From assembly GCA_950097015.1 (NCBI GenBank), contig CATNEN010000008.1:2232001-2296000 (forward strand): a stretch of DNA of 64,000 nucleotides. Direction: 5' to 3'. Both the position numbers and the translations under genes were made by a program. This stretch comes from Macrostomum hystrix (lineage: Eukaryota > Animalia > Platyhelminthes). The notes under the pieces were generated by a model, which saw only the letters and a program-made list of their open reading frames with translations, ran no database searches and was not told the origin of the DNA. This document shows, piece after piece, positions 60,638-64,000 of the stretch (positions are counted from its first letter, which is position 1; each line of letters opens with the position of its first letter).

Positions 60638-62202
60638 GACCGGGCAGTACCTGGAAGAAAGAAATTTTCTGCTTCAAAAACGTAGATTCTCTTTTTCTAC
60701 TAGTAGAAGTGAAGAAGATGAGGCAAGCGGACACATGGCAACAATCTGTCAAACAGAAAGGAGGCTTCTTCAATAAATGCTTAAACTGGGGAGGGTCATG
60801 TTTGCATGACTTGCCGGACAAGCTGAAAGAACCAAATAGAACCAATTTTCAGTTTTTAGCCCACTTGAAAAGCCAAAATTGTACTTTAACAAATGCCAGG
60901 TTTGTAGATGGCTTTAGTTTAATGTAAAAAACATCGCGGTCAAGATATTTAACATTCAAACAAAGACTTAAAAAATATCTCTAAAAATAAATGTATATTC
61001 GACACAACAAAATTTTGCAACCAAGTTTGCCTAGCAACAATAAATTAGATGGCTGGCTTGCGATACCAATCAATTTAAACTATCGTACGGTAGAAGCAAA
61101 AAGCACGCGCAATAGACAACCAACATTTATTAGCAACGTGGGGAAATGTCTTTTTTACCTGACCAGTCTGCCTCTGGCATGCGACGCAATAATATGTTAG
61201 CAATTTCGATTCAACCAAAAGGCTGACCTATTCATCTCCCTCTTATTTGGACGCAAAAATTATTTCATTTCGTTCGAAAATAAAAATTATTAACTAAGAA
61301 AAAAGTGTGCGATTTTGAGTGAATTTTGCCACCACTCCATTTCCTGCAAGCCAGGTAGTCACAAGGCTGATAACTCGTATTTTACATTACTTTAAACCTG
61401 TTACTAAACGTTTTACTCACCTAAAAAAGCAGTCTTCAAGAGTGGCAATTTGCAATTATTTGCAATTGTCAAACTAAGATAGAAAACTGGGTCTATTTTC
61501 AATCTCAGGAGCAACGTTTTAAAGTACGTCTTTCGCAACACTTGCCAGGCATGATAATTTACTGCAAATACTAGCCCTGTTCTTCTATGTCTGTGTCTGA
61601 TTTGTAGGCTATAATAATTATTCTTCTTCTGCACAATTTATTAATCCTCGCTGATCTTTCGGATTAGGAAAGCGAGGCCGATATATTAGCTGGATTGTAA
61701 AAGCCAACGCCAGCCAATCAGGTGACGGGACTGATTTCATTGGCCGAACAAAAACTAGACCATTCAACTGTCCTATTTAGTTCCAGAAAACTCCTTACGC
61801 TTCATTCCGGAATGAGTGTTTTGCTTCTCAAATGTTTAATATACTTAGAATCTATAAATATATTTGCTGCTTTATTGTACACAATGAACCACGCATAAAT
61901 GACTTGTTTTAGTGCATTTTCGATCAACACTTTCTCAAATGTCGTTTTATCAATTGAACTAGTCTTTGAAATCGCCCTCATTTCATAATATTATATTCAG
62001 ATGCACTTGTATATAGTTTATTTATTACGACTGATTTCATAAGCCAAATGATAAACTTCATTATATTATTATTATTCTATTTGAAATGAGCGATTATGGG
62101 GTGCAAGTCGCTTATACTCGTAATTAAACATTTTGATGTCTGACGGCAAGGGGAAGAAAAAAATATTTTTTGGGGTGCAGCGTGCACTCTAGCGCCAGCC
62201 AA

Positions 62203-62357
62203 CCAATGGAACTCGGCTTGGGGGTAGGAAGTGAATGACTCATCAGGGCTGTGCCGGACTACTTCAAACCGATTCTATTGATCGTTTCTGATTGGCTAGG
62301 CGTAAAAAATAAAGCTGACATTGGTCGCTAATCTATGCCTGCCCGGCTATATTTAAG
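62203..62357 (+). promoter_or_regulatory. Putative Pol II promoter of the secreted-protein gene
   Basis: TATATTTAAG at 62348-62357, ~50 nt before the ATG. CCAAT/ATTGG at 62203, 62291 and 62320; GGAAGT (ETS-like) at 62227; TGACTCA (AP-1 consensus) at 62236-62242. Motif matches only. Confidence 0.5.
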
Positions 62358-62408
62358 CCAGCTGAATGTTTGATTGTCGTGAGTATCACCTGATTCAAAA
62401 GTTACAGA

Positions 62409-63020
62409 ATGACTCAATTAAAACTGTTCTGCGTGTGCTTCTTAGCAATTTCCGCCGTACTGGCAAGTGCAGCCTCGGCCGGTGATCGCAAAGATAATCC
62501 AGACAATCGCGGTAAAGGACGCAATGAACTTCAGCCGAAAGCTCACAGCGGAAGATACGACCAGCAAAGATTAAACTATTACTATTACAGTGGTCGTCGT
62601 CTGGGTAGACCTTACAAATATGGATATTACTATGCCGGCAGTAGCAAGCACGGAAAGCCGCGCTATCGTTGGCGCCACGGCAACGGCAAGCGACGTCGCT
62701 ACGGCAAGAAGTACGTAGTCTATGGCGAGCGTCGCTACGGCAAGAAGTACGTAGTCTATGGCGAGCGTCGCTACGGCAACAAGTGGCACGATAGGCGCGT
62801 GAAGAACGACAAGCGTAGAAGCCACTCCAAATTTGAAAAGTTTAGAAAGCCGAGGAAGGGCTATTGGAGACACGGCAAATGGTACGCCAAGAAATCTGAC
62901 AAGAAATCTGACAAGAAGTCTGACAAGAAGTCCGACAACTCTGACAAGAAGCCCACGGACAAACCGGACAAAAAACCCATAGACAAACCGGACATAAAGC
63001 CTACTTTTGTGCCAGTTTAG
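62409..63020 (+). CDS. Intronless secreted Tyr/Lys/Arg/Gly-rich protein, 203 aa
   Basis: Hydrophobic signal peptide (MTQLKLFCVCFLAISAVLASAASA), 20 Tyr, a 12-aa repeat RRYGKKYVVYGE, and a KKSD/KPxD repeat tail. GC-rich ORF with AT-rich flanks and an upstream TATA box. Confidence 0.78.
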   Translation: MTQLKLFCVCFLAISAVLASAASAGDRKDNPDNRGKGRNELQPKAHSGRYDQQRLNYYYYSGRRLGRPYKYGYYYAGSSKHGKPRYRWRHGNGKRRRYGKKYVVYGERRYGKKYVVYGERRYGNKWHDRRVKNDKRRSHSKFEKFRKPRKGYWRHGKWYAKKSDKKSDKKSDKKSDNSDKKPTDKPDKKPIDKPDIKPTFVPV

Positions 63021-63620
63021 ACTTTTTAATTTTGCCTTGCTAGTGTTTAAAATGAGCATTTCGAATATGTATTGCACATCTAATATAACAAATATTGCAT
63101 TACTTTTAATTAGTTTTAAGTTTTTGATACTGAAATATATACTTCAAGTACTCTCGTGCATTCGTTTAATTAATAGTTATAGCAGCTTGTAAGCATACAG
63201 ATCGTGTCTTTTTATTATATTTTATTTCATGACTGAAGTGCATCGAAAATGTGAGGTTCCCAGAATCTTTAATTTCTACTTGCAGTAGTGCAAGTGGGAT
63301 ACGATGCACTAAAAATGCGAGTAAAGTTCTAAAGAATAATGAAGTTTGTAAACTGCAAATTATCTGTAAGAATATTTACCCCAATTCCAGTATTTCATTT
63401 CTGAAATGCTGTTGCCTGAGAATCTACTTGTAGCAAGCAGCATTCCCAGCTGTGATTTTAGTCTAGTTAGTCGATGTGATTTTGACAGTCGATAGTTTCT
63501 GTCAGTGACCACTCATTATAATGATTGCGTAACGCTATTCGCATTGGGATTATTTTTCCCCTTATTCTAAGCTGCCTTAGATTCAGTTGCATTTTCTTTT
63601 TATATAAAATTATAAATTTA

Positions 63621-63805
63621 CCATGGGTGAAGCTTGATCAGAATGGATTGCTAGTCTATACCATGGGTGAAGCTGGATCAGAATGGATTGCTAGTCTATA
63701 CCATGGGTGAAGCTGGATCAGAATGGATTGCTAGTCTATACCATGGGTGAAGCTGGATCAGAATGGATTGCTAGTCTATACCATGGGTGAAGCTGGATCA
63801 GAATG

Positions 63806-63849
<44 letters not shown>

Positions 63850-63863
63850 ATCTATCTATCTAT
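63621..63863. repeat. 40-bp tandem repeat (~4.6 copies, CCATGGGTGAAGCTGGATCAGAATGGATTGCTAGTCTATA) followed by (CTAT)n
   Basis: Direct periodicity at 63621-63804; microsatellite at 63806-63863. Confidence 0.92.
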
Positions 63864-64000
63864 CCCCGCATTCGCTGCCAAAGGCCGTATCGAATTAGTG
63901 GATCTTACAATCCCGGGCCAGCTACATTTAGACTCGACCCCGATCCCCTAAGGGGAGAATTGGGCGTGGTGCAGACGAGTAGAAACGCAGACAGAGGGGA

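Noticed and set aside
62560-62830. Neuropeptide precursor reading of the Tyr-rich protein
   Set aside because: GKK/GRR/GKR sites exist, but the released peptides would be 1-6 aa with no recognisable family motif. A structural or cationic role fits the composition better.

Overview
Intron-rich animal genomic DNA, not prokaryotic. GC-rich exons with poly-Q/poly-A tracts are separated by introns filled with minisatellites. The style resembles the free-living flatworm Macrostomum, but that is an unverified inference. I assembled the gene models by hand from GT-AG sites with matching phases. In order: (1) a JAZ/matrin-type multi-zinc-finger gene (-, runs off the left edge) with two SINEs in one intron; (2) a full-length but defective mariner element; (3) a 4-exon gene joining three separately listed ORFs into one ~1311-aa protein, with 18 ankyrin repeats fused to a Mab-21/cGAS-like (cGLR) nucleotidyltransferase that keeps its catalytic residues; (4) three large satellite arrays; (5) cytohesin ARF-GEF (-); (6) a decayed LINE; (7) NIPSNAP (-); (8) a 26-exon phospholipase C-beta (+) with a Fer2/PTF1-family bHLH gene nested antisense in one intron; (9) a RAPGEF2/6-like GEF (-) that lacks a PDZ exon; (10) an intronless secreted Tyr/Lys/Arg/Gly-rich protein. 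Top leads are the ANK-cGLR immune-receptor candidate, the Tyr-rich cationic secreted protein, and intronic minisatellites whose units are built from splice-signal words. Most long ORFs in the supplied track (e.g. 10144-11001, 27653-29405, 29964-31440, 38502-40573, 58346-60502) are repeat artefacts.
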